From assembly GCA_028286385.1 (NCBI GenBank), contig JAQBRQ010000041.1, positions 826 to 64,825 on the forward strand: a stretch of 64,000 nt of DNA. The letters run 5' to 3'. The stretch is from Candidatus Saccharimonadota bacterium (GTDB lineage Bacteria; Patescibacteriota; Saccharimonadia; Saccharimonadales; UBA4665). The position numbers and the translations under genes are program-made. Of the stretch, positions 1-8,691 are shown one piece after another (the stretch's first letter is position 1; each line of letters starts with the position of its first letter). The notes beneath the pieces were generated by a model. It was not told where the DNA came from. It did not search any database and saw only the letters and a list, made by a program, of their open reading frames with translations.

Positions 1-234
1 GACGCACGGGTCCTTCCTGGCGGTACGGCCCATATAAGTGATGTTGGTATGTGTGGCGCGCTCAACGCGTCACTAGGCGTTACGCTCACTAGTGTTATCC
101 CCCGCTGGCGCGACGGCAAGCAAACTCGTAACGTCCTGGAATCAACCGGGCAAAAACAGTTTAACGCCGTGCTGGTTAGCTCGAATGAGCATGGTTTAGC
201 CGACTCGATTGAGCAGATTCAAATAATCAGCTAA
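1..234 (+). CDS. C-terminal fragment of a YmdB-like metallophosphoesterase (5' end lies outside the window)
   Basis: The frame is open from base 1. The segment ...HISDVGMCGALNASLGV... resembles the TDVGMTG segment and tail of YmdB/TIGR00282-type phosphoesterases. Stop codon TAA at 232-234. Confidence 0.5.
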   Translation, partial: DARVLPGGTAHISDVGMCGALNASLGVTLTSVIPRWRDGKQTRNVLESTGQKQFNAVLVSSNEHGLADSIEQIQIIS

Positions 235-294
235 GACTCGACTAGTGTTTTACGGCATTCTGATATATAATCAACCTCTGTAATTGCATGATTA

Positions 295-370
295 CGGGGT
301 GTGGCGCAGTTGATAGCGCGCTCGGTTTGGGACCGAGAGGTCGAAGGTTTGAGTCCTTTCACCCCGACCA
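295..370 (+). tRNA. tRNA-Pro (anticodon TGG)
   Basis: Cloverleaf folded by eye. Acceptor CGGGGTG/CACCCCG, D stem GCGC/GCGC, anticodon stem CTCGG/CCGAG with loop TTTGGGA, T arm GAAGG-TTTGAGT-CCTTT. Discriminator A and encoded CCA. Confidence 0.9.
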
Positions 371-378
371 AACAAAAT

Positions 379-405
379 GGATCTCTTCGGAGGTCCTTTT
401 TGTTT
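379..405 (+). terminator. Intrinsic terminator after tRNA-Pro
   Basis: Hairpin GGATCTC-TTCG-GAGGTCC (7 bp, one G.U pair) followed by TTTTTGTTTG. Confidence 0.7.
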
Positions 406-449
406 GTGCTCATGCTTGCACGAGATCAACAATAGCCTAAGATAGTACT

Positions 450-1454
450 ATGACAAATGCGGGTGAACAATTAGTGTACACCGAGCATGAGCGCTCGAAT
501 CGTGATTGGATGAGTATGCTGAAAGGTGTCGCTCTGGGCGCTTTAGCGACCGTCGCCAGCGGGATTGCAGTGGGCCTGCTTTTGGACCGCGAGGGACATA
601 TAGTTGAGCGCGCCCCAGCAGTCGCACTACCTTATGGCGATGACGGCGTGTTACGTGTGGCGACTTGGAATATGCACCGCGAAGCAGCGAAGCATCTCAA
701 TGAAATCAATGTAGTGATGATCAAAAATAAGCTCGATGCCTTTATGTTGCAGGAAGTAACTGGTCAGGACGCTGAAGTAATCGGCGAGGCCTTCAAGCAT
801 AAGTGGAGCGTAACCTACGAAATGGCTGATGCCAGACAAAAACCCACTGATTTTGGTTTAGGCAACATGATTATTACAGTTAAGAAACCAGTATCTGCGG
901 ATAGTAAGCACATTGCAGGTAACTCTTTGCCAGATGCTTTTGTAAAAACGATCGGTGGAGCTCAGGAGGATATTCTGAGCGGCAACACATCACTTACAAA
1001 TGCTCGCGAAGGATTACAAGAAGGTCGAGTTATACTTTCCAAAACGGTGCAGGCACTCGGCAATATGAATATTCAATTTATAACTACGCATCTTGGATCT
1101 TCATCACCATCTCCAGAAGTGCACGATCAACAAATGGCTGATCTGCTCAAGTTTGTATCCGATACCAAGAAAAAAGGCCAGCCAACAATCCTGTGTGGCG
1201 ATTTGAATCAAGGCGTGGCAACAACTGTTACGGCATTCGCTGAAGTGGGCATGATTACTCGCGAGGCAGCACAGCCAACAACAATTGACGGCGGAACCAC
1301 GGACTATTGCATTTACCGTGCCGGCGGTAAGCTTGGTCTTATGCGCACAAAAGTGTTAAAAGGTTTTCAGACTGACCATAAGGTTTTATATGGCGAGGTT
1401 AGGCCGGTGCAAGCCTATAAACTTGCGGGTAATCAGCTGCATAACGCAGGGTAA
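450..1454 (+). CDS. Endonuclease/exonuclease/phosphatase (EEP) family protein with an N-terminal TM anchor
   Basis: EEP signature blocks are present: RVATWNMH, MLQEV, TTHL, CGDLN and TDHKVLY. A hydrophobic segment GVALGALATVASGIAVGLLL lies near the N-terminus. Confidence 0.75.
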   Translation: MTNAGEQLVYTEHERSNRDWMSMLKGVALGALATVASGIAVGLLLDREGHIVERAPAVALPYGDDGVLRVATWNMHREAAKHLNEINVVMIKNKLDAFMLQEVTGQDAEVIGEAFKHKWSVTYEMADARQKPTDFGLGNMIITVKKPVSADSKHIAGNSLPDAFVKTIGGAQEDILSGNTSLTNAREGLQEGRVILSKTVQALGNMNIQFITTHLGSSSPSPEVHDQQMADLLKFVSDTKKKGQPTILCGDLNQGVATTVTAFAEVGMITREAAQPTTIDGGTTDYCIYRAGGKLGLMRTKVLKGFQTDHKVLYGEVRPVQAYKLAGNQLHNAG

Positions 1455-1477
1455 AATGATGGTTTAGGCGTACAATA

Positions 1478-2116
1478 TTGAGCATGCCCTTTGCCTTAAG
1501 CGTTTTTCTTGTCCTTATTTTACTGGTTGCCAGCGAATTGTGGTGGCGTAGGCGCGATGTGCATGGTGAGTTCAGTCGCAAGTTTGTCCATATTACTGTT
1601 GGCAGTTTTGTGGCGTTTTGGCCATACTTCCTGACACCTCGTCAAATCATGTTACTGAGTCTGGCGTTTTTGGTGGGTGTGGCAGTTTCGAAATACCTAA
1701 ATATTTTTCAGGCAATTCATAGCGTGCAGCGACCGACGCTTGGCGAGTTCTGGTTCGCTCTCGTTGTTGGTCTTCTGGCGCTCATCACTGATACTCATCC
1801 ACATATCTACACCACCGCTTTGCTGGTTATGGCTTTGGCCGACGGCTTGGCGGCTGTGGTCGGCATACACTTCGGTAATGGGTATCGTTATGTCGTGTTC
1901 GGGTCGCCTAAGAGCATTCTAGGGACAGCTACGTTCTTCGCGACTACCTGCCTTATTTTGACTGGATATGTGCTTGCCACGCCTGGTGCGCTCGCTTTGT
2001 CCCTAATCTTCCCGATCGCCGCAGTCGCAACAATCCTAGAGAATGTGGCGGTCCGTGGTTTAGACAATTTATTGGTGCCGCTCTTTATGGCCGGCACGCT
2101 GTTGCTTTTAGTTTAG
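1478..2116 (+). CDS. SEC59/DGK1/VTE5-type polyprenol/dolichol kinase-like (CTP-transferase superfamily) integral membrane protein
   Basis: Polytopic membrane protein. It has the SRKFVHI block, ADGLAAVVG...G, KS.LGT and a C-terminal E..A..GLDNL..P block, all typical of this family. Confidence 0.5.
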   Translation: MSMPFALSVFLVLILLVASELWWRRRDVHGEFSRKFVHITVGSFVAFWPYFLTPRQIMLLSLAFLVGVAVSKYLNIFQAIHSVQRPTLGEFWFALVVGLLALITDTHPHIYTTALLVMALADGLAAVVGIHFGNGYRYVVFGSPKSILGTATFFATTCLILTGYVLATPGALALSLIFPIAAVATILENVAVRGLDNLLVPLFMAGTLLLLV

Positions 2117-3954
2117 GCTGTTTCTATGTTTACTATGTGCGCCCGCAGAGCGTTGAATATCACGACGACATCGACGACTTCCTGAAGAATAGCTCCGGCT
2201 AGCGGCGGGAATTTACCGGTGGCAAAAACGGCCATCAATACGAGGCTTAAACCGATGCCTATAAGTATACTTTGGCGCGCAATTTTAAAGGTTCGCTTGG
2301 CAATGGTGACCGCGGCCGCGACACGACTGATGTCATCGAGCATGAGTACCATGTCGGCTGACTCGCTGGCAGCCGTTGAGCCGCGAGCGCCAAGGGCAAT
2401 ACCGACACTAGCCGAGGTTAGTACGGGGGCGTCATTCACGCCGTCGCCTACAAAAATGATGGGTTTCTTGCTGCTTTCATCAATGATGCGTAATTTGTCG
2501 GCCGGTAGGCAATCGGCATGGACTTCTTGGATGCCAAGCTTTTTAGCGACGGCCAGCGCAGTGCTTTTATTATCACCAGTTACCATAATGACATTTTGAA
2601 TACCTAGGGCTCGAAGCTGCTCAATTGTTGCCTTGCTGTTACTGCGTACTTCGTCTTTGAGCTTAATGATGCCAGCGAGTTGGCCGTCGACGGCTACGTA
2701 TGCCGCAGTGTCTTTAATGTCGGTATGTTTAAAATTGCTGGGCACACCAACGCCATTATCTTCAAGTAAGCTGAATCGTCCAACGAGCACTGCTTGGCCT
2801 TTGAGCTGGGCCTGAACGCCGCGTCCGGCAATCTCTTTAACGTGCTTAGCTTTGCTGAACTTTAATTTCTTTGCCTGGGCGGCATTGACGATAGCGTGAG
2901 CCAGCACATGGTTGGAGTTTTGCTCTAGGCTGGCTGCCAGCGCTAGAACTTCATCTTCCTTGAATCCATTAAAAACTTTGATACCATCGACCTCTAAATG
3001 GCCGCTAGTGAGCGTACCGGTTTTGTCGAAAGCAATCGTCTTAGCTTCGGCTAAGCGTTCTAACGCCGAACCGGTCTTAACGATGATGCCGTATTTGCTG
3101 GCTCGTGACATGCCGCTAATAAGTGCAATTGGTGCCGCCAATAAAAGCGGGCAAGGCGTGGCCACGATAATGACTTCCAGGAAACGAATAGCATCGCCAG
3201 TGAGGACCCAAACGCCAATAGCGATGGCGAATGCAAATATGGTGAATGGTATGCTGTAGCGATCTGCCAGACGTACAAATGGTGCCTGAGCGCTGGCCGC
3301 GCTTTTAACGAGTTTAACAATTTGCTGGTATTGGCTATCCTCTGCGGTAGCTGTCGCTTTGGCGGTAACCGCGCCGTCAACATTAACTGAACCACTGAGC
3401 AGCTGCTCACCAATTTCTTTATCTTGCGGTAAGCTTTCGCCAGTCAGTGACGATTCATCAAAGCTACCGATGCCTTCTAAGATGACGGCATCGACCGGCA
3501 CCAGCTCGCCGGGTTTGATCAGGATCTTGTCCCCAACCTTTAACTCGCTGACGCGGACATCAATTGTTTTGCCTTTACGAATAACGTGGGCTTTTTGCGG
3601 AGCGTGCTCCAACAGAGTGTCGAGCTCGCTTTTGGCACGGTGTTCGGCGTAATCTTCCAGGGCTTCGCCACCTGTCAACATTAGTACAACGACAATACCG
3701 GCCCAGTATTCACCGAGCACTACCGAAGCAATAATCGCTGTAGCCGCTAAAATGTCGATACCGTACTTGCCATGCCGGAAGTCTTGCCACATACCGCTCA
3801 GCAACGGCATAAGCTCAATAATTGTCACGATGCCAAGCAGCCAATGCGCAGCAGTTTGGTATCCATTGAGCTGAAGGGCTAGGGCTATCAGCAGCGTCGA
3901 GAGCGCCACACTAAATAGTTTGTATCGGCGCAAAAATCCGGCTAGTCGTTGCAT
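2113..3954 (-). CDS. Heavy-metal translocating P-type (P1B) ATPase without an N-terminal metal-binding domain
   Basis: Motifs SLTGES, FDKTGTLT, VGDGVNDAP and the HP-like SNHVLAHAI are present. The transmembrane motif is ATPCPLLLA. There is no CxxC/HMA domain ahead of the first TM helices. Confidence 0.9.
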   Translation of the reverse strand: MQRLAGFLRRYKLFSVALSTLLIALALQLNGYQTAAHWLLGIVTIIELMPLLSGMWQDFRHGKYGIDILAATAIIASVVLGEYWAGIVVVLMLTGGEALEDYAEHRAKSELDTLLEHAPQKAHVIRKGKTIDVRVSELKVGDKILIKPGELVPVDAVILEGIGSFDESSLTGESLPQDKEIGEQLLSGSVNVDGAVTAKATATAEDSQYQQIVKLVKSAASAQAPFVRLADRYSIPFTIFAFAIAIGVWVLTGDAIRFLEVIIVATPCPLLLAAPIALISGMSRASKYGIIVKTGSALERLAEAKTIAFDKTGTLTSGHLEVDGIKVFNGFKEDEVLALAASLEQNSNHVLAHAIVNAAQAKKLKFSKAKHVKEIAGRGVQAQLKGQAVLVGRFSLLEDNGVGVPSNFKHTDIKDTAAYVAVDGQLAGIIKLKDEVRSNSKATIEQLRALGIQNVIMVTGDNKSTALAVAKKLGIQEVHADCLPADKLRIIDESSKKPIIFVGDGVNDAPVLTSASVGIALGARGSTAASESADMVLMLDDISRVAAAVTIAKRTFKIARQSILIGIGLSLVLMAVFATGKFPPLAGAILQEVVDVVVIFNALRAHIVNIETA

Positions 3955-4041
3955 AGTATCTCCACTGTTTATTATTTCGTTACTCTAAGTATAGCAATTA
4001 GCTAAGGAGTATAATAATGATTAGAAAGCACAGGTACCATC

Positions 4042-4977
4042 TTGAAGGCAGTTCAAATCACAAAATACGGTGGCCAAGACGCTATGCAGGTTAATGATTC
4101 CGTCGAAAGGCCAACTGCTGTCGAAGGGCAGGTAATTATTGAAGTGTATGCTGCAGCGGTAAACCCCTTTGATGCAAAAGTTCGTGAAGGGTTAGTCGGC
4201 GATAAGTTTAAGTTGAATTTCCCGGCTATCCTTGGCGGTGATGCAGCTGGCGTTGTCGCTGAGATCGGCGAAGGTGTAACCGGTTTCGAAATCGGCCAGG
4301 AGGTATATGGCGCGGCCAATGCCTTGGGTGGCCACGGATCCTTCGCTGAGTACACGACTGTAGTTGCCGGTCAGCTGGCCAGCAAACCAAAAAGTGTCGA
4401 CTTTGTAACGGCTGCCGCCTTACCGCTGGTCGGCGCCAGCGCTTATCAGGCTTTGGTCGAGACTATGGCGCTGCAAGCCGGTCAAAAAATATTGATCCAT
4501 GGTGGTGCTGGCGGTATTGGTTCCGTCGCTATCCAAATAGCCAAAGCCATAGGCGCATATGTTGCTACAACTGCCGCCTCCAAAGACCTCGATTTTGTAA
4601 AAAGCCTGGGAGCTGATGAAGTGGTCGATTATACATCTCAGGATTTTTCCGAAATCTTCAAGGATTATGACGCGGTATTCGACACCGTTGGTGGCGAGAC
4701 GAATAGTAAGTCGTACCAAGTGCTTGAGTCTGGCGGCACGTTAGTTTCAATGGTCGCCCCGGCTAACGATGCGTTGGTTGCGCAGTACGGCATTATATAT
4801 AGCACGCAATCTAGTCGGGCAACAACTGAGCGCTTAACAAACATTGCTGAGCTGGTAGACGCCGGTAAGCTAACCATTCATATCGACACAGTCTTCCCGT
4901 TCGATCAGGCTGCCGAGGCCCTAGAGTATTTAAAGACCGGTCATCCACGGGGCAAGGTTGTCATTCAGGTCAAGTAG
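4042..4977 (+). CDS. NADPH:quinone oxidoreductase / zinc-type alcohol dehydrogenase superfamily (MDR) protein
   Basis: N-terminus MKAVQITKYGG... and Rossmann motif IHGGAGGIGSVAIQIAK. The C-terminal GHPRGKVVI is typical of Qor-like MDR enzymes. TTG start. Confidence 0.85.
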   Translation: MKAVQITKYGGQDAMQVNDSVERPTAVEGQVIIEVYAAAVNPFDAKVREGLVGDKFKLNFPAILGGDAAGVVAEIGEGVTGFEIGQEVYGAANALGGHGSFAEYTTVVAGQLASKPKSVDFVTAAALPLVGASAYQALVETMALQAGQKILIHGGAGGIGSVAIQIAKAIGAYVATTAASKDLDFVKSLGADEVVDYTSQDFSEIFKDYDAVFDTVGGETNSKSYQVLESGGTLVSMVAPANDALVAQYGIIYSTQSSRATTERLTNIAELVDAGKLTIHIDTVFPFDQAAEALEYLKTGHPRGKVVIQVK

Positions 4978-5027
4978 CAAGCAGCAGCTGTTGCAGTCAG
5001 GGGTAGTGGTGTGCATAATGCTTATGT

Positions 5028-6191
5028 ATGCCAAATTTCAATTGGATAGACCTCATTATCGTAGCGTTACTGGTTGGTGCAGCCATTCAGGGTATACGTG
5101 CCGGGCTCGTTGAGTTTTTTGTGGTCGGCGGTTTTTTTACGGGCTTATTTTTGGGCGGTTGGTTGTTCCCGCACCTACTACCTATCGATGACCGAACACT
5201 GTTAACGCTGGTCAATGTTAACCTTGTGCTTTTATTGGCGACTTTCGCGGCAGTAAAGGGCTACGACATTGGCCGTAAGCTTCTATCGATTAGCAAGAGC
5301 AAGCGTAAGATTCACAAGGCGGAGTCAGGTATTGGCATGATGCTCGGCGTGGTCGCCGTGCTTATTATCGTCTGGCTACTGGGCGCCATGATTGGCCGAT
5401 TGCCATTTGAGGGCTTCAGCAACAGTACCAATGACGCGTACATTGTGCACACACTAGACCGCCACCTGCCTACGATACCTGCAGTATTCGCTAAGTTTAA
5501 CCGACTGGTGGACCCCAATAGTCCACCACAGCTGTTTGCTGCGCCGCCAACATCTTCTCGGCCACATACACCATCCGATTTTGAGCTAGCGGCAGCTAAG
5601 GCAGCCCCCGCCACAGTGCGCATTACCAGTTTTGGTTGCGGCGGTCTGGTGACAGGGTCTGGATTTGTAGTAGGTCCTAACCTGATTGCTACTAACGCTC
5701 ATGTCATCGCTGGTGTAAAACGGCCAATTATCAAATATAACAACCATAGCTACGAAGGCGTGCCGGTCCTGTTTAACCCTAACCTTGATTTTGCAATTTT
5801 GCGTGTAAAAAACCTGAATGTCAGCCCATTACAGCTTGTCACTGAAAATATAAAACCCGGCACAACTGTGGCCGTGTTGGGCTATCCGGGCGGCAATTAC
5901 ACAGCTGTTCCCGGTGTAATGCGGAATGATCTGCAAGTTTTTGGCAGAAATATTTATGATGTTGGTGTGATCGGGAGGAATGTCTACGAAATAGAAACAC
6001 ATGTCGCCGAGGGCAGTTCAGGCGGGCCGGTAGTCCTACCCGACGGACGGGTCGCAGGCATTATGTTCGCTAAATATGACCTATCTGACAACTATGGCTA
6101 CGCCCTGACATCGCAGCATTTATTGGCTAATGTAAACACTGCTCTGCATGCTACAAATCGGGTCAGCACTGGCGTTTGCATGGCCGGTTAG
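5028..6191 (+). CDS. CvpA-family membrane domain fused to a trypsin-like (S1C) serine protease, MarP-like architecture
   Basis: The N-terminal four-TM region is CvpA-like (NWIDLIIVALL...). The C-terminal protease blocks are IATNAHV (His), DFAILRV (Asp) and EGSSGGPVV (Ser). Confidence 0.75.
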   Translation: MPNFNWIDLIIVALLVGAAIQGIRAGLVEFFVVGGFFTGLFLGGWLFPHLLPIDDRTLLTLVNVNLVLLLATFAAVKGYDIGRKLLSISKSKRKIHKAESGIGMMLGVVAVLIIVWLLGAMIGRLPFEGFSNSTNDAYIVHTLDRHLPTIPAVFAKFNRLVDPNSPPQLFAAPPTSSRPHTPSDFELAAAKAAPATVRITSFGCGGLVTGSGFVVGPNLIATNAHVIAGVKRPIIKYNNHSYEGVPVLFNPNLDFAILRVKNLNVSPLQLVTENIKPGTTVAVLGYPGGNYTAVPGVMRNDLQVFGRNIYDVGVIGRNVYEIETHVAEGSSGGPVVLPDGRVAGIMFAKYDLSDNYGYALTSQHLLANVNTALHATNRVSTGVCMAG

Positions 6192-6212
6192 GCGATGTCC
6201 GATCTGCTTTTA

Positions 6213-7778
6213 TTAAGGCTTGTACCATCCAGGATATATATCTGTAGCTGGGCTGGGCTCAATATCTCCAAGGCCAACATGATTTGTTAAGACATATGCT
6301 GGCAGGGTCTTGATGCTGGTCGGTTGCTTCCAGTTTTCCGGTGTTTGGCCTAGGTGTGCTGCTTGCATGAGGCCCTGTGTGAGTGGTTTAGTCAGTGTTT
6401 CAACGGAAGCGTTGAGGGGTTTGCTGCGGGCATGGTTGCCAACCCACGAAATCACTGCATACCGGGAGGACCAGCCCGCCATGTTACCCGTGTAGCCATC
6501 ATTTGTTACGCCGGGATCAACCGCAAATTTCCAATTATTGTAACGATGGAATTTGTAGTCGTTAGCACCCGAAGCGCAGTTTGCAGCATCGCAACTGCCT
6601 GGCAAATAACTGGCATTTGGGTCGGACATAATGTCATTGAGTGTGTATGCCGTATCCGGTCTGATAATTTGTTGCCCTGCAGGCTGTCGCCAGTTGGCTT
6701 TAGCTTGGCCATTGAGTCGGACGTTGTAAATCGTTGTCTGCGGGACCTTTGAGCCGTTGTTTGCCAGTGTTGCCAGCACATGCAGCTCATCTGCCAGGGT
6801 TATGAAGGCTCCGTCTCCCAGAGCAGATGCCCCATAGCACTGAGTGGTCTGCGTTAAGGCCTCGTCTGCGTAGCAGTTGAAGCCCTTCTCTGCGCCCATC
6901 CTTCCTACTAATTTCGTGAATCCATTAATAGAATCAAAACGATCGGGGCTTGTATCTTTAGGGTCAGAGTTGAGCATTGCCCTTACTGCGGGTACATTGC
7001 GGCTGCCCCCCAAGGCATACCTGAGCGGCATGGTGCCGGGGTACTTGAAGTCATAATCGAGCAAACAGTTGCCACCTGCTTGCGGCAAGGATTTGTTGGT
7101 GCATGGATAACCAGGCAGCACTTCTTGATTATCGGATAACGCCGTTCCGGCACCCGTATTGGTAGTGTTTTCGATAAGTGCCGCGTAATCGAGGGGCTTG
7201 ATGCTAGACCCTGGCGCAAGAAGCGTAACGGCATAATTAATTTGACCATGATCTTTATCTTTGTAATCAACGCCGCCAACTAGCGCTTTTATCTGGCCGC
7301 TCTGCACGTCCTGCAGGAGTAAGGCTTCCTCATCGGCGGTACCATGAGTGCGACTTGTTATGCTTGGAAGGTTGTCGGCAATAAGTTTTTCGGCAGTTGC
7401 TTGGAGTTTGGCATCGAGCGTCGTGGTTACCGCCCATGCGCCTTGTTCGTAGTAATGATCACCATACTTTGCTCGTAGTTCTGTGCGAACTAGGTCTACA
7501 AAGTAAGGGGCATTTGGTATGTTGGTGCCAGGTTCGACCGCTGGATTTTCGTTGCGCCACAGTACTGTTTTACCATCGCTGTAATACAAGGTTACCAATG
7601 GTTTTACTGATTGCTTATGTGACAGTAGCAGATATAAAGCCAGGCCCGCGATCACTACAAGAATTGCAGCAAGGACTAAGATATAGCGCCGCGTTTTCTT
7701 GGGTGGGGCACTTACGTGCTGCAGAGGGGTTTCGGTTGTTGGCTGTAGAGATTCTGGAGGTTCTTGCGTTGGGTACAT
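6213..7778 (-). CDS. Penicillin-binding protein, transpeptidase domain only (class A-like linker but no GT51 domain)
   Basis: One N-terminal TM helix is followed by the PBP1-type linker APYFVDLVRTEL and TTLDAKLQ. SxxK (PGSSIKPL) and SxN (GGSRNVPAV) are present. The expected KTGTTND box reads DPGVTND. Confidence 0.8.
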   Translation of the reverse strand: MYPTQEPPESLQPTTETPLQHVSAPPKKTRRYILVLAAILVVIAGLALYLLLSHKQSVKPLVTLYYSDGKTVLWRNENPAVEPGTNIPNAPYFVDLVRTELRAKYGDHYYEQGAWAVTTTLDAKLQATAEKLIADNLPSITSRTHGTADEEALLLQDVQSGQIKALVGGVDYKDKDHGQINYAVTLLAPGSSIKPLDYAALIENTTNTGAGTALSDNQEVLPGYPCTNKSLPQAGGNCLLDYDFKYPGTMPLRYALGGSRNVPAVRAMLNSDPKDTSPDRFDSINGFTKLVGRMGAEKGFNCYADEALTQTTQCYGASALGDGAFITLADELHVLATLANNGSKVPQTTIYNVRLNGQAKANWRQPAGQQIIRPDTAYTLNDIMSDPNASYLPGSCDAANCASGANDYKFHRYNNWKFAVDPGVTNDGYTGNMAGWSSRYAVISWVGNHARSKPLNASVETLTKPLTQGLMQAAHLGQTPENWKQPTSIKTLPAYVLTNHVGLGDIEPSPATDIYPGWYKP

Positions 7779-7846
7779 GCTTAGTTATAAAGGTAACTCT
7801 AGGCCTGGTAAAAAGCAAGTGTTCGTTAACGTAAGTCTTGGGGGTT

Positions 7847-7970
7847 ATGGGAATATCGCGCGCCGAGGGCGCACTCCGCCACTGTGGCGTGCTCGATGCA
7901 AGCATCTGTGCGCGTCCTCGCTCTGCAAACCCACCCGCAAGCTTCGCTTGCTCCTCGTGGCTTCGATTCC
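7847..7970 (-). repeat. Copy A of a ~122-nt structured repeat (candidate ncRNA or cis-regulatory leader), lying between the P-loop kinase stop and the PBP start
   Basis: It aligns to copy B. A 13-nt left arm is identical, followed by a 97-nt core with 3 substitutions, with an indel in the spacer. The nested stems (GCGCAC/GTGCGC, CGCCA/TGGCG, GATGC/GCATC, GCAAGC/GCTTGC) are retained, but the closing stem is reduced to 5 bp. Confidence 0.6.
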
Positions 7971-7983
7971 GTAATTGCAGTGC

Positions 7984-8499
7984 TTAATGTAGGCTGAGCT
8001 GTTCAAGTAGCTCATCGACAATATCTGATGGCGGGCGTTCGCCATTAATTGGAGTCGCCCCTTCGTTAATAAATGATCGCTGCTTGGCTTGATGGTTAGT
8101 AAGTATTCTCTCAATCACTCCGGGTAGATGGTGTGAAGCATGCTCATGTGATTCTAGCCTCAGTCGCAAGCTATCTGAGCTTAGTGTTATGACAAATATT
8201 CGATCGAATAAATCATAGAAATCTTTTTGGTTGGACACGACCGCTCCAATGAAGACAACGTCAGCACTATGTAGCAAATTTTCAATTTCTTTTCGCTGCC
8301 AATTCCATGAGTAATTACTCCAGTCGACTTTTCCATCGGGCCAATCAATTGCTTCACCGCTTTTGATATCTTGCAGCTTGGTAGCCTCTGGCAGGTCGTC
8401 TGTGTTATATGCGGCAAAGCCACGCTTCTGTAGCATTTTGATAAGTGTAGTCTTTCCTGAACCTTGGCGACCGGTGATTAGATACTTGCCCATAAACAT
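7984..8499 (-). CDS. P-loop NTPase, small kinase-like AAA family ATPase
   Basis: Walker A motif ITGRQGSGKTTL at the N-terminus. The size (~170 aa) and layout resemble shikimate/adenylate-kinase-like AAA_17/18/33 proteins. Confidence 0.6.
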   Translation of the reverse strand: MFMGKYLITGRQGSGKTTLIKMLQKRGFAAYNTDDLPEATKLQDIKSGEAIDWPDGKVDWSNYSWNWQRKEIENLLHSADVVFIGAVVSNQKDFYDLFDRIFVITLSSDSLRLRLESHEHASHHLPGVIERILTNHQAKQRSFINEGATPINGERPPSDIVDELLEQLSLH

Positions 8500-8523
8500 A
8501 GTTTAGCAAACCAAAAGAGAGCT

Positions 8524-8645
8524 ATGGGAATATCGGCCTGCGCACTCCGCCACTGTGGCGTGCTCGATGCAAGCATCTGTGCGCGTCCTCGCTCTGCGAA
8601 CCCACTCGCAAGCTTCGCTTGCTCTTCGTGGCTTCGTATTCCCAT
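8524..8645 (-). repeat. Copy B of the ~122-nt structured repeat, with an intact 9-bp closing stem, 24 nt upstream of the P-loop kinase start
   Basis: The termini ATGGGAATA...TATTCCCAT pair with each other. The interior folds into a multi-hairpin junction (see findings). Confidence 0.6.
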
Positions 8646-8654
8646 ACTCCGGAA

Positions 8655-8690
8655 ATTAAAAAGACTAGATTCAAATCTAGTCTTTTTAAT
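8655..8690. terminator. Bidirectional intrinsic terminator, 3' of tRNA-His
   Basis: A 16-bp perfect stem ATTAAAAAGACTAGAT-TCAA-ATCTAGTCTTTTTAAT. U-runs are available on both strands. Confidence 0.75.
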
Positions 8691-8691
8691 T

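Noticed and set aside
4005-4094. AAGGAG followed by an ATG at 4017, upstream of the quinone oxidoreductase, suggesting a different start or a leader peptide.
   Set aside because: The ATG at 4017 is out of frame with the oxidoreductase and gives only a 25-codon ORF. The family-typical N-terminus MKAVQITKYGG begins at the TTG at 4042. The AAGGAGTATAAT stretch is more simply explained as containing a TATAAT -10 box.
7847-8645. Possibility that the ~122-nt repeat is a 5S rRNA, an SRP/4.5S RNA, or a tRNA-His-derived att duplication.
   Set aside because: The size and closing stem are reminiscent of 5S, but the conserved 5S loop sequences (CCGAAC...GAAGT.AAGC, GGTAGT...GGGA) are absent. The SRP GGAA/AGCA domain IV motifs are also absent. 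The only similarity to tRNA-His is the 10-mer CTATGGGAAT, which is too short to call an att site.
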